The notes: generated by a model not told the origin, from the sequence alone. Shown: positions 18,945 to 28,381, counted from the first letter of the stretch. The stretch: 64,000 nt of DNA from Novosphingobium sp. Chol11 (GCF_945870625.1 NZ_CAMBTS010000001.1:28432-92431), one strand, 5' to 3'. A program made the numbers and translations.

Positions 18945-19901
18945 ATGCAACTGCCTCCCGAATTCGATTTCCATGCGCTCGAAGTGTTCGTCCTGACTGT
19001 CGATCTGGGCGGGATGACCGCGAGCGCGCAGCAACTGCGCATCACCCAATCGGCGGTTTCGCAAACCATCGCGCGGCTTGAACAGGGGATCGGCACGGTG
19101 CTGTTCGACCGGGCGCTGCGGCCCTTGGGGCTCACGCCTGCGGGGCGCGCGCTTTATGAGCGGGCGACGCGCCTTCTGGCCAGCGCGCGCGCTGTGGTTG
19201 ACGAGGTGCGCGAAGGCGCCAACCAGCCGATCGACAAAGTCACCGTCGGCATGTCGGAAACGGCCGCGATCCTCCTCACTGCGCCGCTCCTTGTGCAGCT
19301 TGGGCCGAAAGTTGGGCGCTGGCGCGTGCGATCGGGAATTTCGCTTAGTCAACAGCAGGATTTCCTCGCGCGGCGCTGCGACATGCTCGTGACCGGCAGC
19401 AGCGCGCTCGAAAAGCACGAGGGGATCGAGCATCATGATGTGCTCGATGATCCGTTCCTGCTGGTGTTTCCTAAGGATTATCGCGGCTTGGCCGATGATA
19501 TCGAAGCCATTCAAGGCCTTCCGTTCGTGCGGTATTCGCTGGAGACCGGGATGGGACAGCGGATCGAAAGTCAGCTTCTGCGGATGCGGCTGAGGCTGCC
19601 CAATGTGATCGAGGTGGAAAGCATTCACCAGCAGCTCAACTCGGTAACGCACGGGATTGGCTGGAGCATTACTTCGCTGCTGTGCCTTGCCGCCATGCCC
19701 GAGGTCATCCCTGATCTGCGGGTCGAGCCCCTGCCGCGCGCACGCTTTTCCCGGCGGATACAGGTCGTGAGCCGCGCGGGTGAGCTGGGCGATCTGGCTG
19801 TGCGCACCGCAGCGCTGGCAGGCGAAGTGATCCGCGAGCACAGCCTGCCGCCCGTTCTCGAACAGCTGCCATGGGCTAAAGACCTGATTGCGCTGACCTG
19901 A
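18945..19901 (+). CDS. LysR family regulator
   Basis: ALEVFVLTVDLGGMTASAQQL.ITQSAVSQTIARLE..IG..LFDR HTH plus substrate-binding domain. Confidence 0.92.
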   Translation: MQLPPEFDFHALEVFVLTVDLGGMTASAQQLRITQSAVSQTIARLEQGIGTVLFDRALRPLGLTPAGRALYERATRLLASARAVVDEVREGANQPIDKVTVGMSETAAILLTAPLLVQLGPKVGRWRVRSGISLSQQQDFLARRCDMLVTGSSALEKHEGIEHHDVLDDPFLLVFPKDYRGLADDIEAIQGLPFVRYSLETGMGQRIESQLLRMRLRLPNVIEVESIHQQLNSVTHGIGWSITSLLCLAAMPEVIPDLRVEPLPRARFSRRIQVVSRAGELGDLAVRTAALAGEVIREHSLPPVLEQLPWAKDLIALT

Positions 19902-20051
19902 TCCGGCAGGCACCCAGGGCATTACCGAAGTGAATATTATACATTAATTTATTTCATGGGCTGAATGAGAGATCGAAAAGGGCTAAACTTATTGGCCATC
20001 GCGGGTCTGCCATCACAGACCCCGATTTCGTCATTTTGAGCGGGTGTAACT

Positions 20052-21179
20052 ATGAATCTCATGACATCCCCGGTTACGGTCAAGGACAAGGGCCTTGAGG
20101 TTGCGCTGCCCAGCGGCGAATTGGCCTATTTCAATCATTATTGGCTGCGCGACAATTGCTCGACCTCGTTCGATCCCGAAACGCGCGAGCGGGTGTTCGA
20201 TATCTTTCATCTCGCGCAGCCGCCCCATCCATCTTCCGCGCACGTCGCCAATGGCGCGCTGGAAATTGTCTGGTCGGGCGAAAATCACACCAGCCGCTAT
20301 CCGCTTGGCTGGCTGGAAAGCTACAGCAAGGGCGAACGCCGCGCTGATCCGGCCGAACTGAAGCGTGTCTCGTGGTATGGCGATCATTACCCGAAGATGG
20401 CCCGCTTTGCCCATGCCGACCTGATGGCTGATCGCCAGCTGGTGGCGCAGTGGCTGCGCGCCATGCTGGTCGAAGGCGTGTCGCTCGTCACCGAGATGCC
20501 CGACAGCGATCAGGCGTTGACCGATCTGGTGAAATTGATGGGGCAGGTCCGCCCCACGTTCTTCGGCGACTATTTCGATGTGCGCACGCATATCGCGCCG
20601 ACCAATCTCGCTTACACCGCCAAGGCGCTGGAGCTGCACACCGATGTGCCGGCCGAAGACCTCGCCCCCGGCGTGCAGTTCCTGCATTGCCGCGCCAACA
20701 GCGTTGAAGGCGGCGAAAACCTGTTCCTTGATGGGCTGGCGGTGGCCAATGATCTGCGCGAACAGTTTCCAGAAGACTTCAAGCTGCTCTCCGAAACTGC
20801 CGTGCCGTTCTACTTCGAGCACGACAATCAGGATGTCCGCGCCCGCCAGCGGGTGATCGAGCTTGACGAAAACGGCGATGTGTCAGGCGTAACCATCAGC
20901 CAGCATATGGCCGATGTGTTCGATCTGCCGCAGCACTTCATGGACCGTTATTACCCGGCGTTCTGCCGTTTCGGGCGGATGTTGCAGGCCGACAAATACC
21001 TCATGCGGTTCCGGATTGCGGCGGGCGAATGCATCGTGTTCGACAACCACCGCATCGTCCATGGCCGCTCGGCTTATTCGGCGACCAGTGGTGATCGCTA
21101 TCTGCGCGGCACTTATGCCGATCGCGGCGAGATGCGCAGCACGTATCGCGCGCTCACCAGCAAAGGCCGCTTCGCATGA
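20052..21179 (+). CDS. Fe(II)/2-oxoglutarate dioxygenase, gamma-butyrobetaine/trimethyllysine dioxygenase-like (TauD family)
   Basis: N-terminal WLRDNC domain; facial triad LHTD...FDNHRIVHGR; N.AYT..ALELHTD and LRGTY.D motifs of the BBOX/TMLD family. Confidence 0.88.
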   Translation: MNLMTSPVTVKDKGLEVALPSGELAYFNHYWLRDNCSTSFDPETRERVFDIFHLAQPPHPSSAHVANGALEIVWSGENHTSRYPLGWLESYSKGERRADPAELKRVSWYGDHYPKMARFAHADLMADRQLVAQWLRAMLVEGVSLVTEMPDSDQALTDLVKLMGQVRPTFFGDYFDVRTHIAPTNLAYTAKALELHTDVPAEDLAPGVQFLHCRANSVEGGENLFLDGLAVANDLREQFPEDFKLLSETAVPFYFEHDNQDVRARQRVIELDENGDVSGVTISQHMADVFDLPQHFMDRYYPAFCRFGRMLQADKYLMRFRIAAGECIVFDNHRIVHGRSAYSATSGDRYLRGTYADRGEMRSTYRALTSKGRFA

Positions 21180-21904
21180 GCGATCTTGACGGCGAAGCGC
21201 TGCACCAGCTTCGCGTCGATCTGGCGGCGGCCTTTCGGCTGACCGCACATTTTGGCTGGCATGAATCGGTGGGCAATCATTTCAGCGCGGCGGTCTCTGA
21301 CGATGGTCGGCGTTTTTTGCTGAACCGCAAGTGGCAGCACTTTGCCTCGATCCGTCCCGATGATCTGATGCTGCTCGATGCTGGCGATGCCGATGTGATG
21401 ACGCGTAGCGATGCACCCGATGCATCTGCATGGACCATCCACGGTGCGATCCATCGCGAATGTACGAGGGCGCGGGTGATCCTGCATTGCCATCCGCCTT
21501 ATACCACCGCGCTGGCGACTTTGCGCGATCCCTCACTCCTGCCGCTCGACAACAACACCGCGCGGTTCTTTAATCGCGTCGGCATGGATCTGGAGTTTGG
21601 CGGGATCGCCGACGAGGCTGCCGAAGGTGCCCGGCTTGCCGCCTCGCTGGGCAATTACAAAACGCTGATGATGGGCAACCACGGCCTGACTTGCATCGGC
21701 GACACGGTGGCCGAAGCGTTCGAGGATCTCTATTTCTTCGAGCGCGCGGCGCAGACACTGATGCTGGCCTACGCCTCGGGTAAGCCACTCAATGTGCTAT
21801 CTGACGAGATTGCCGAGAAAACCGCGCAAGGGTGGGACGACTACAAAGGCATGGCCTTTGCCCATTTCGATTATCTCAAATCGACGCTCGGCGCGCTGAA
21901 CTGA
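21176..21904 (+). CDS. Class II aldolase/adducin family protein
   Basis: LAAAFRL...FGWHES..NHFSA, IHGAIH, LHCHPPY, MGNHG metal-binding His motifs; ATGA overlap with the dioxygenase. Confidence 0.88.
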   Translation: MSDLDGEALHQLRVDLAAAFRLTAHFGWHESVGNHFSAAVSDDGRRFLLNRKWQHFASIRPDDLMLLDAGDADVMTRSDAPDASAWTIHGAIHRECTRARVILHCHPPYTTALATLRDPSLLPLDNNTARFFNRVGMDLEFGGIADEAAEGARLAASLGNYKTLMMGNHGLTCIGDTVAEAFEDLYFFERAAQTLMLAYASGKPLNVLSDEIAEKTAQGWDDYKGMAFAHFDYLKSTLGALN

Positions 21905-21909
21905 CGCGC

Positions 21910-22989
21910 ATGACCGGCATTCCTGCCACCATGACCGCCGTGCTCATGACCGGCAATGGCGGCTTCGACAAGCTGGATATCCGCAGCGATGTGGCCGTGC
22001 CGGTCCCGGGCCCGGGCGCTGTGCTGATCCGCGTGGGCGCGGCGGGGGTTAATAACACCGATATCAACACGCGCACTGCCTGGTATTCAAAGTCTGTCGT
22101 CGCCGCGACCGAGGCTGGCGGCAGCGATGGCTTCGCCGAGGCGCGGACCGAGGATTCGGGCTGGGCCGGAAATTTGCCGCAATTCCCGCGCATTCAGGGG
22201 ACCGATGCCTGCGGCCGGATCGTGGCGGCGGGGCCAGGGGTGGACCCCGCGCGGATCGGCGAGCGCGTGCTGGTCGAGCCAGTGTTTCGCGGGGCAAGCC
22301 GGTTTGAGGCAACCTATTTCGGCTCGGAAGTCGATGGCGCGTTTGCAGAGTTTGCGCGTGTGCCCGCGATCCATGCGCACCGGATCGAGTCGGCGCTCAG
22401 CGATGCCGAACTTGCCTCGTTTCCCTGCGCCTATTCGGCTGCGGAGAATATGCTGACCAGAGCCAGGCTGGCCGACGGTGAGCGCGTGCTGATCACCGGC
22501 GCTTCGGGCGGGGTAGGGTCGGCAGCAGTCCAACTGGCGCAGCGGCGGGGCTCCAGCATCGTTGCCTTAGCGAGCGCTGACAAAGCCGACGCTGTGCTCG
22601 CATTGGGCGCGGCGCAAGTCTTGCCGCGCGATGCCGATCTGGCAGCCATATTCGGGCCGGATCATTTCGACGTGGTGATCGACATCGTTGGCGGCGCAGG
22701 CTTTCCCGCGCTGTTCCAGGTCTTGAAGCGCGGCGGGCGCTATGCCGCAGCAGGGGCGATTTCCGGGCCGATTGTCGAACTCGACTTGCGCACGCTATAC
22801 CTTAAAGACCTCACTTTGCTGGGGTGCACGATCCTCGAACCAGAGGTATTTCCAAACCTCGTCGGCTATATAGAGCGCGGCGAGATCCACCCTCTGGTAT
22901 CCGCGACATGGCCATTGGCGCAGATTGTCGAGGCGCAGCGCGCCTTCCTGACCAAACAGCATGTCGGCAAAATCGTCCTCATCCCCTGA
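21910..22989 (+). CDS. MDR-family alcohol dehydrogenase / quinone oxidoreductase
   Basis: VLIRVGAAGVNNTDI, PRIQGTDACG, ITGASGGVGSAAVQLA, GKIVL motifs; no structural-Zn Cys cluster. Confidence 0.85.
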   Translation: MTGIPATMTAVLMTGNGGFDKLDIRSDVAVPVPGPGAVLIRVGAAGVNNTDINTRTAWYSKSVVAATEAGGSDGFAEARTEDSGWAGNLPQFPRIQGTDACGRIVAAGPGVDPARIGERVLVEPVFRGASRFEATYFGSEVDGAFAEFARVPAIHAHRIESALSDAELASFPCAYSAAENMLTRARLADGERVLITGASGGVGSAAVQLAQRRGSSIVALASADKADAVLALGAAQVLPRDADLAAIFGPDHFDVVIDIVGGAGFPALFQVLKRGGRYAAAGAISGPIVELDLRTLYLKDLTLLGCTILEPEVFPNLVGYIERGEIHPLVSATWPLAQIVEAQRAFLTKQHVGKIVLIP

Positions 22990-23005
22990 AAGAAAGCTCC
23001 TTCTC

Positions 23006-23959
23006 ATGAAAATCGGATTTATCGGCCTTGGCAACGTTGGCGGCAAGCTGGCCGGGAGCCTGATCCGCAACGGCCATGATGTCACCGTGCGCGATCTCGA
23101 TGCCGGGCTGGTGGCCGAATATGTCGCGCGCGGCGCGGCCTCCGCCGATAGCCCGCGGGCGTTGGGCGAAGCGGTGGATGTGATCATCACCTGCCTGCCG
23201 TCCCCCGCCGCGAGCGCCGCCGTAGCCGAGGGCGAGGACGGGTTCTTGCAGGTGATGCGCCCAGGGCAGGTGTGGATGGAGATGAGCACGACCGACTATG
23301 CTGAAGTGCTGCGGCTCGGACCGCTGGTCGAAGCGCGCGGCGGCCTGTTCATGGAATGCCCGGTTTCGGGCGGGTGCCACCGTGCTGACACCGGCAACAT
23401 CTCGATCTTCGCCGCCGGCCCGCGCGAAGGGTTCGAGCGGGTGCTTCCCGTACTCACCACTTTGGGCCGCCGCGTGCTGCACACCGGCGATTGGGGCACC
23501 GCCTCGCAGCTCAAAGTCATGACCAATTTCCTGTGCACCGCGCACCTCGTCGCGCTCGCCGAGGCGCTGACCGTGTGCAAGGCGGTGGGTTTGGACATGA
23601 ACACGACTTACGAGGCGATCCGCATTTCGTCGGGCAACAGCTTTGTTCACGAAACGGAATCGCAGGTGATCTTGAACGGTAGCCGCGACATCAACTTCAC
23701 GATGGACCTCGTCTCCAAGGACGTCGGCCTGTTCGACAAGATCGCGCAGGAAACCGGCGTGCCAGTCGAAATGTCGCCGCTGATCGTGCGCCTGTTCAAG
23801 GAGGGCGAGGCCTCCTACGGCTCGCGCGAAAACTCGCCCAACATCATCCGCCGCTACGAAGAGCCAGTCGGCGTTAAAGTGCTGGGCACGGGCTTTCCCG
23901 AGCAGATGGTGGACGACGAGCCCGAAGAGCCAGGCTACGAAGTGGTGCCGCGCCGGTAA
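23006..23959 (+). CDS. NAD(P)-dependent oxidoreductase, 3-hydroxyisobutyrate dehydrogenase family
   Basis: KIGFIGLGNVG Rossmann motif, CPVSGG, catalytic Lys in LKVMTN, FTMDLV.KD. Confidence 0.87.
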   Translation: MKIGFIGLGNVGGKLAGSLIRNGHDVTVRDLDAGLVAEYVARGAASADSPRALGEAVDVIITCLPSPAASAAVAEGEDGFLQVMRPGQVWMEMSTTDYAEVLRLGPLVEARGGLFMECPVSGGCHRADTGNISIFAAGPREGFERVLPVLTTLGRRVLHTGDWGTASQLKVMTNFLCTAHLVALAEALTVCKAVGLDMNTTYEAIRISSGNSFVHETESQVILNGSRDINFTMDLVSKDVGLFDKIAQETGVPVEMSPLIVRLFKEGEASYGSRENSPNIIRRYEEPVGVKVLGTGFPEQMVDDEPEEPGYEVVPRR

Positions 23960-23996
23960 ACGGCCCACCGCTGCTGAAGCCCTTTTTTCAAGATGC

Positions 23997-24066
23997 GCTC
24001 ATGCTGAGCCTGTCGAGGCGTGTTGGCGCAGCGGTTGCGTGAGTACCCTTTGACAGGCTCAGGGTA
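23997..24066. repeat. REP-like intergenic palindromic element
   Basis: CTGAGCCTGTC (24004-14) and GACAGGCTCAG (24052-62) form a perfect 11-bp inverted repeat. Each half also folds alone (GCTCA-tgc-TGAGC; TACCCT-N11-AGGGTA). Lies between convergent genes. Confidence 0.6.
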
Positions 24067-24102
24067 TGCTGGGGTTGTGGCGGAAACTTTGAGCGTTAAG
24101 CT

Positions 24103-25731
24103 CTAACTGACCTGCGCCGCTGCGCGGATCAGGGCTGCGCCCTTTTCGGCGACCATGACCGTGGGCGCGTTGACATTGCCGGAGGTGATCGAGGGAAAGA
24201 TCGAGGCGTCAATCACCCGCAGATCTGCGATGCCATGCACGCGCAGCTGGTTGTCGACCACGCTGCGCGCTGGGTCGGTCCCCATCATGCAGGTCGAGGT
24301 GGGGTGGTAGACCGTGTCGGCGCGGGCGCGAAAATCTTCTAGCAGGCTGTCCTCGTCGGCGCATTGCGTGCCCGGCACAAGCTCCTCGGTGATCACTTCT
24401 GAGAGCGGGCGGCTTTGCGCAATCTGGCGCAGCAGGCGAACCCCAGCGCGCGCTTCGGCCACATCCTGTTCGGTGGCCAAATAGTTTGGGTGGATGGCAG
24501 GCTTGGCAAAGGGATCGGGTGAAGCAATCGCGAGGTGCCCCCTGCTGGTCGGTCGGCAGCTGTTGAACGAAAGCAGAAACGCAGGGAAAGGATCGGGATT
24601 GAGCAGCCGCCGCGATGCGAGCGGGGTCTTGGTGTAGCTCACCGGGCTGAAGTAAAGCTGCAAGTCAGGCCGGGCCAAATCGGGCGACGAGCGCACAAAG
24701 CCGCCGGCCTGGTTGACGCTCATCGAGAGTGGCCCGTGCCGGTTGAAAAGATAATGCAAGGCCGCCCAAGCCTTGCCGCGAAAGGGGCCCAGCTCGTTGT
24801 TCAAGGTCGGCACTGAGGTGCGATAGAAATAGCTGACGGCAAGGTGATCCTGCAGGTTTTGTCCGACCGCTGGATTGTGATGCACCACCGCGATACCTTG
24901 CTGGCGCAAGGTTTCCCCATCGCCGATGCCCGAATGCTGTAGCAGATGCGGAGAGCCAATCGCGCCTGCGCACAGGATCACCTCGCGGCGCGCGCGAATC
25001 ACCTTCTCGCGCTTGCCTTGTCGGTACGCGACACCGACCGCGCGGCCATTTTCGATCAGCACGCGGGTGGCCTGTGTATGCTTCATCAATTTAAGATTGG
25101 CGCGGCGGCGCGCGGGCCAGAGGTAGGCGTTGGCAGTCGAGGCGCGCCAGCCGCCGCGCGTGTTGATCTGATAGATGCCGAAGCCTTCGCCTGCCGGACC
25201 ATTGAAATCGCGCGTTTCGGGAAAACCCATTTCGCGGCCCGTGCTCAAAAACCAGTCGCACAAGGGATGTACATGGCGGCTGATGTCGGTCACGTGTTGT
25301 GGTCCGCCCCGGCCGTGCCGGTCGCTCGGGCCCAGATCATGATCTTCCGTGCGAATGAAAAAGGGCAGCACGTCGTCCCAGCTCCAGCCGATGTTGCCTG
25401 CCGCGCGCCAATCCTCAAAATCATGCGGAAAGCCGCGCACATGGACCATGGCATTGATCGAGCCCGATCCGCCGATTACTTTGCCCCGCGGCCAATAGCT
25501 GCTGCGCCCGCCCAGCGCCGCAATCGGCTGAGTATCGAACATCCAGTTGATCTTGGGATCGAAAAACGTCCGGCCATAGCCGATCGGCAGCTGAATCCAG
25601 ATCGACATGTCCGATCCGCCCGCTTCAAGGAGCGCGACTTTGACGTCTGCGTTTTCGGTCAGGCGGCTGGCCACCACGCAGCCAGCCGTGCCCGCGCCAA
25701 CGATGACGTAATCGGCTTCTTCGGTGTCCAT
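24103..25731 (-). CDS. GMC oxidoreductase (choline dehydrogenase-like)
   Basis: DYVIVGAGTAGCV, WPRGKVIGGSGSINAM, VGQNLQDH, YHPTSTC, GNVNAP motifs. Confidence 0.92.
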   Translation of the reverse strand: MDTEEADYVIVGAGTAGCVVASRLTENADVKVALLEAGGSDMSIWIQLPIGYGRTFFDPKINWMFDTQPIAALGGRSSYWPRGKVIGGSGSINAMVHVRGFPHDFEDWRAAGNIGWSWDDVLPFFIRTEDHDLGPSDRHGRGGPQHVTDISRHVHPLCDWFLSTGREMGFPETRDFNGPAGEGFGIYQINTRGGWRASTANAYLWPARRRANLKLMKHTQATRVLIENGRAVGVAYRQGKREKVIRARREVILCAGAIGSPHLLQHSGIGDGETLRQQGIAVVHHNPAVGQNLQDHLAVSYFYRTSVPTLNNELGPFRGKAWAALHYLFNRHGPLSMSVNQAGGFVRSSPDLARPDLQLYFSPVSYTKTPLASRRLLNPDPFPAFLLSFNSCRPTSRGHLAIASPDPFAKPAIHPNYLATEQDVAEARAGVRLLRQIAQSRPLSEVITEELVPGTQCADEDSLLEDFRARADTVYHPTSTCMMGTDPARSVVDNQLRVHGIADLRVIDASIFPSITSGNVNAPTVMVAEKGAALIRAAAQVS

Positions 25732-25739
25732 TTTGAGCC

Positions 25740-26927
25740 TCAGTGAACCGGGTGCTGCGTCATCTCGAGATGCAGCATCGTGCCTGTGTAGGGATTGGCG
25801 CGCGCCACTTCTTCGTTCAGCTCGACGCCCAGCCCGGGCGCGGTGGGCGGAATGACATGGCCCTGCTCGAACTGCATCGGGGTTTTCAGGATATCGCTGT
25901 GAAAACCGCCCCATTCCTCGATGCTTTCAAGGATGAGGAAATTGGGCGAACACGTCGCCAGCTGGACATTGGCCGCGCCGACGACCGGGCCGCAATAGAG
26001 ATGCGGCGCGATCTGGATATGGCGCGCCTCGGCCATGCCGGCGATCTTCTTGGCCTCCAGAAGCCCCCCCACGCGGCCAAGGTTCATTTGGAGAATGGCG
26101 GCGCTGCCTGCTTCGATCAGACGGGCAAAGTCATACTTGGTGGTCAGACGTTCGCCCGTCGCGATAGGAATGCTGGTCGCGCGCGCGACTTTGGCCATTT
26201 CTTCGGGCGCATCGGGGGGAACGGGTTCTTCGAGCCAAAGCGGGTCATAGGGCTCTAGCCGCTTGGCCAGACGGATTGCGCCGGCAGCGGTCATCTGGCC
26301 ATGCGTTCCGAACAGGAGATCGGCCTTGGTGCCCACCGCTTCGCGCAAGGTCCGCGCAAAACGCTCGCTCAACTCCAGCGCTTCCAATGACAATTGGCGC
26401 CCGTCAAACGCGGTGTAGGGCCCGGCAGGATCGAACTTGAGCGCGGTAAAACCCATATCCAGATACTCGGCGGCGCGGATGGCCGCGAGATCGGGGTCGT
26501 GATAAACGTCGGTTTGATCGCCGGGGCGCGGATAAATGTAAGTGTAGGAGCGGAGCCGCTCGTGTACTTGCCCGCCGAGCAGCTTGTAGACCGGCTGATT
26601 GGCTGCCTTGCCGACGATGTCCCAGCACGCCATTTCAAGCGCGCTCAGCACGCCCATCAGCGAGAGATCGGGATGCTGGGTAAACGCGCTGGAATAGACC
26701 CGCCGCCACAGCGCTTCGATATTGTGCGGATCGATGCCGGCGGCGTAACGCGCAAACACGTCCTCGATCATCTTGGCAACCAGATGCGGCGAAAACGGCA
26801 CGCAATAGGCCTCGCCGATCCCCGAGATGCCATCGTCCGTGGTCAGTTTGACGAAAACGAAATAGCGCCCGCCGAAATGTGGCGGCGGATTGCCGACCAC
26901 GAATGTCTCGATATCGGCAAGCTTCAT
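25740..26927 (-). CDS. Mandelate racemase/galactonate dehydratase-like enolase superfamily protein (atypical active site)
   Basis: GIGEA, SALEMACWDI.GK...PVY.LLGG, KFD, WLEEP, TGERL, APH, P..PGLGVE motifs. Confidence 0.9.
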   Translation of the reverse strand: MKLADIETFVVGNPPPHFGGRYFVFVKLTTDDGISGIGEAYCVPFSPHLVAKMIEDVFARYAAGIDPHNIEALWRRVYSSAFTQHPDLSLMGVLSALEMACWDIVGKAANQPVYKLLGGQVHERLRSYTYIYPRPGDQTDVYHDPDLAAIRAAEYLDMGFTALKFDPAGPYTAFDGRQLSLEALELSERFARTLREAVGTKADLLFGTHGQMTAAGAIRLAKRLEPYDPLWLEEPVPPDAPEEMAKVARATSIPIATGERLTTKYDFARLIEAGSAAILQMNLGRVGGLLEAKKIAGMAEARHIQIAPHLYCGPVVGAANVQLATCSPNFLILESIEEWGGFHSDILKTPMQFEQGHVIPPTAPGLGVELNEEVARANPYTGTMLHLEMTQHPVH

Positions 26928-28381
26928 GATGCGCGGAAGCCGTTCACGACCTTGACTTCGAGGAAGTCATGCAGGCCAAATTCGCCCCATTCGCGCCCGT
27001 TGCCCGATTGCTTGTAGCCGCCGAACGGCGAACCATAATCCTGACCCGCGCCATTGATGTGCACGCTGCCTGCGCGCACCAGCCGCGCGACGCGCCGCGC
27101 TTTGTCGAGATCGTCGCTCTGGACATAACCTGCCAGACCATAGGGGCTGTCGTTGGCAATCGCGATGGCTTCCGCCTCGTCGGCAAAGGGGATCATGACC
27201 AGCACAGGCCCGAAAATCTCCTCCTGCGCCACCGTCATCTGGTTGGTCACATCGGCAAACACGGTGGGCTTCACGAAATAGCCCTGCTCGAAGCCTTCGG
27301 GCTTGCCCGGACCGCCCGCGACCACGCGCGCGCCTTCGGCAATGCCCGCCTCGATCAAACGCTGGATCTTGGCGAAATGGACTTTGCTGACCACAGGGCC
27401 GATGTGCTTGCCCGGCTCACGCGGATCGCCGACCTTGATCTTGTCCGCAGCCGCAGCTGCGAGCGCGACCGCTTCGTCATAAACCGAGGCTTCGACCAAC
27501 ATGCGGGTCGGCGCGTTGCACGATTGGCCAGCGTTCTCGAAGCAATGGCGCACCCCGCGCGCGATCGCTTTGGGCAGATCGGCGTCGGCAAAGACGATGT
27601 TGGCCGATTTGCCCCCCAGCTCTTGCGAGACGCGCTTAACCGTCTCGGCCGCCGTCTTGGCAACATGGACGCCCGCACGGGTCGATCCGGTGAACGAGAC
27701 CATCTCGACCAGCGGATGCCCGGTCAGCGCATCGCCGATCCCGGCGCCGGTGCCGTGGACCATGTTGAACACGCCTGCGGGAAAGCCCGCCGCATCGATG
27801 AACTCGGCGAAAAGCTGCGCCGAGAGCGGGGCGATTTCGCTGGGCTTGAGCACCATCGTGCAGCCTGCAATCAGCGCGGGGCCGATCTTCGCGGCGAGCT
27901 GGTTGATCGGCCAATTCCACGGGGTGATCAGCACGCACACGCCTACTGGCTCGTGCACCAGCATGGCATGGCCGCCCATCGGCTTTTCCCATGCCATCGC
28001 GCGCGCCGCGGTGATCGTCTCGCGCAAATGGCCGGGTCCGCATTCGGCCTGCGCATCGCGCGAGAGATCGAGCGGCGCGCCCATTTCGGTGGTGATCGCG
28101 GTGACCATTTCGTCATAGCGTGCTTCGAACACCGCGATCAGCTTTTCGGTGAGCGCGATCCGTTCATCAAGGGTGAGCGCGGCAAAGCCACCGAAGGCGG
28201 CATGCGCGGCGCGCACCGCCCGGTCGGCATCGTCCGGGCCGCACAAGGCAACTTGCGCGCAGACGTCCTCGGTTGCCGGATTGATGGCTTCGAAGATTTC
28301 GCTTGAAGTGGCGGGCAGCGTCCATTCACCGCCGATGTAGGACTTAAGCAACTGCACGGGGGAGTTCGTCGACATAACCAA
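26924..28381 (-). CDS. Aldehyde dehydrogenase
   Basis: ITPWNWP, LKPSE, SFTGST, ELGGKS (Glu), GQSCNAP (Cys), EEIFGPV, YGL, PFGGYKQSG motifs; start 28381 or 28375. Confidence 0.95.
   Translation of the reverse strand: MVMSTNSPVQLLKSYIGGEWTLPATSSEIFEAINPATEDVCAQVALCGPDDADRAVRAAHAAFGGFAALTLDERIALTEKLIAVFEARYDEMVTAITTEMGAPLDLSRDAQAECGPGHLRETITAARAMAWEKPMGGHAMLVHEPVGVCVLITPWNWPINQLAAKIGPALIAGCTMVLKPSEIAPLSAQLFAEFIDAAGFPAGVFNMVHGTGAGIGDALTGHPLVEMVSFTGSTRAGVHVAKTAAETVKRVSQELGGKSANIVFADADLPKAIARGVRHCFENAGQSCNAPTRMLVEASVYDEAVALAAAAADKIKVGDPREPGKHIGPVVSKVHFAKIQRLIEAGIAEGARVVAGGPGKPEGFEQGYFVKPTVFADVTNQMTVAQEEIFGPVLVMIPFADEAEAIAIANDSPYGLAGYVQSDDLDKARRVARLVRAGSVHINGAGQDYGSPFGGYKQSGNGREWGEFGLHDFLEVKVVNGFRAS

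Noticed and set aside
24103-25731. Calling the GMC gene betA and the ALDH betB
   Set aside because: Only family-level motifs are visible, there is no betI, betC or betT, and an enolase-type gene sits between them.
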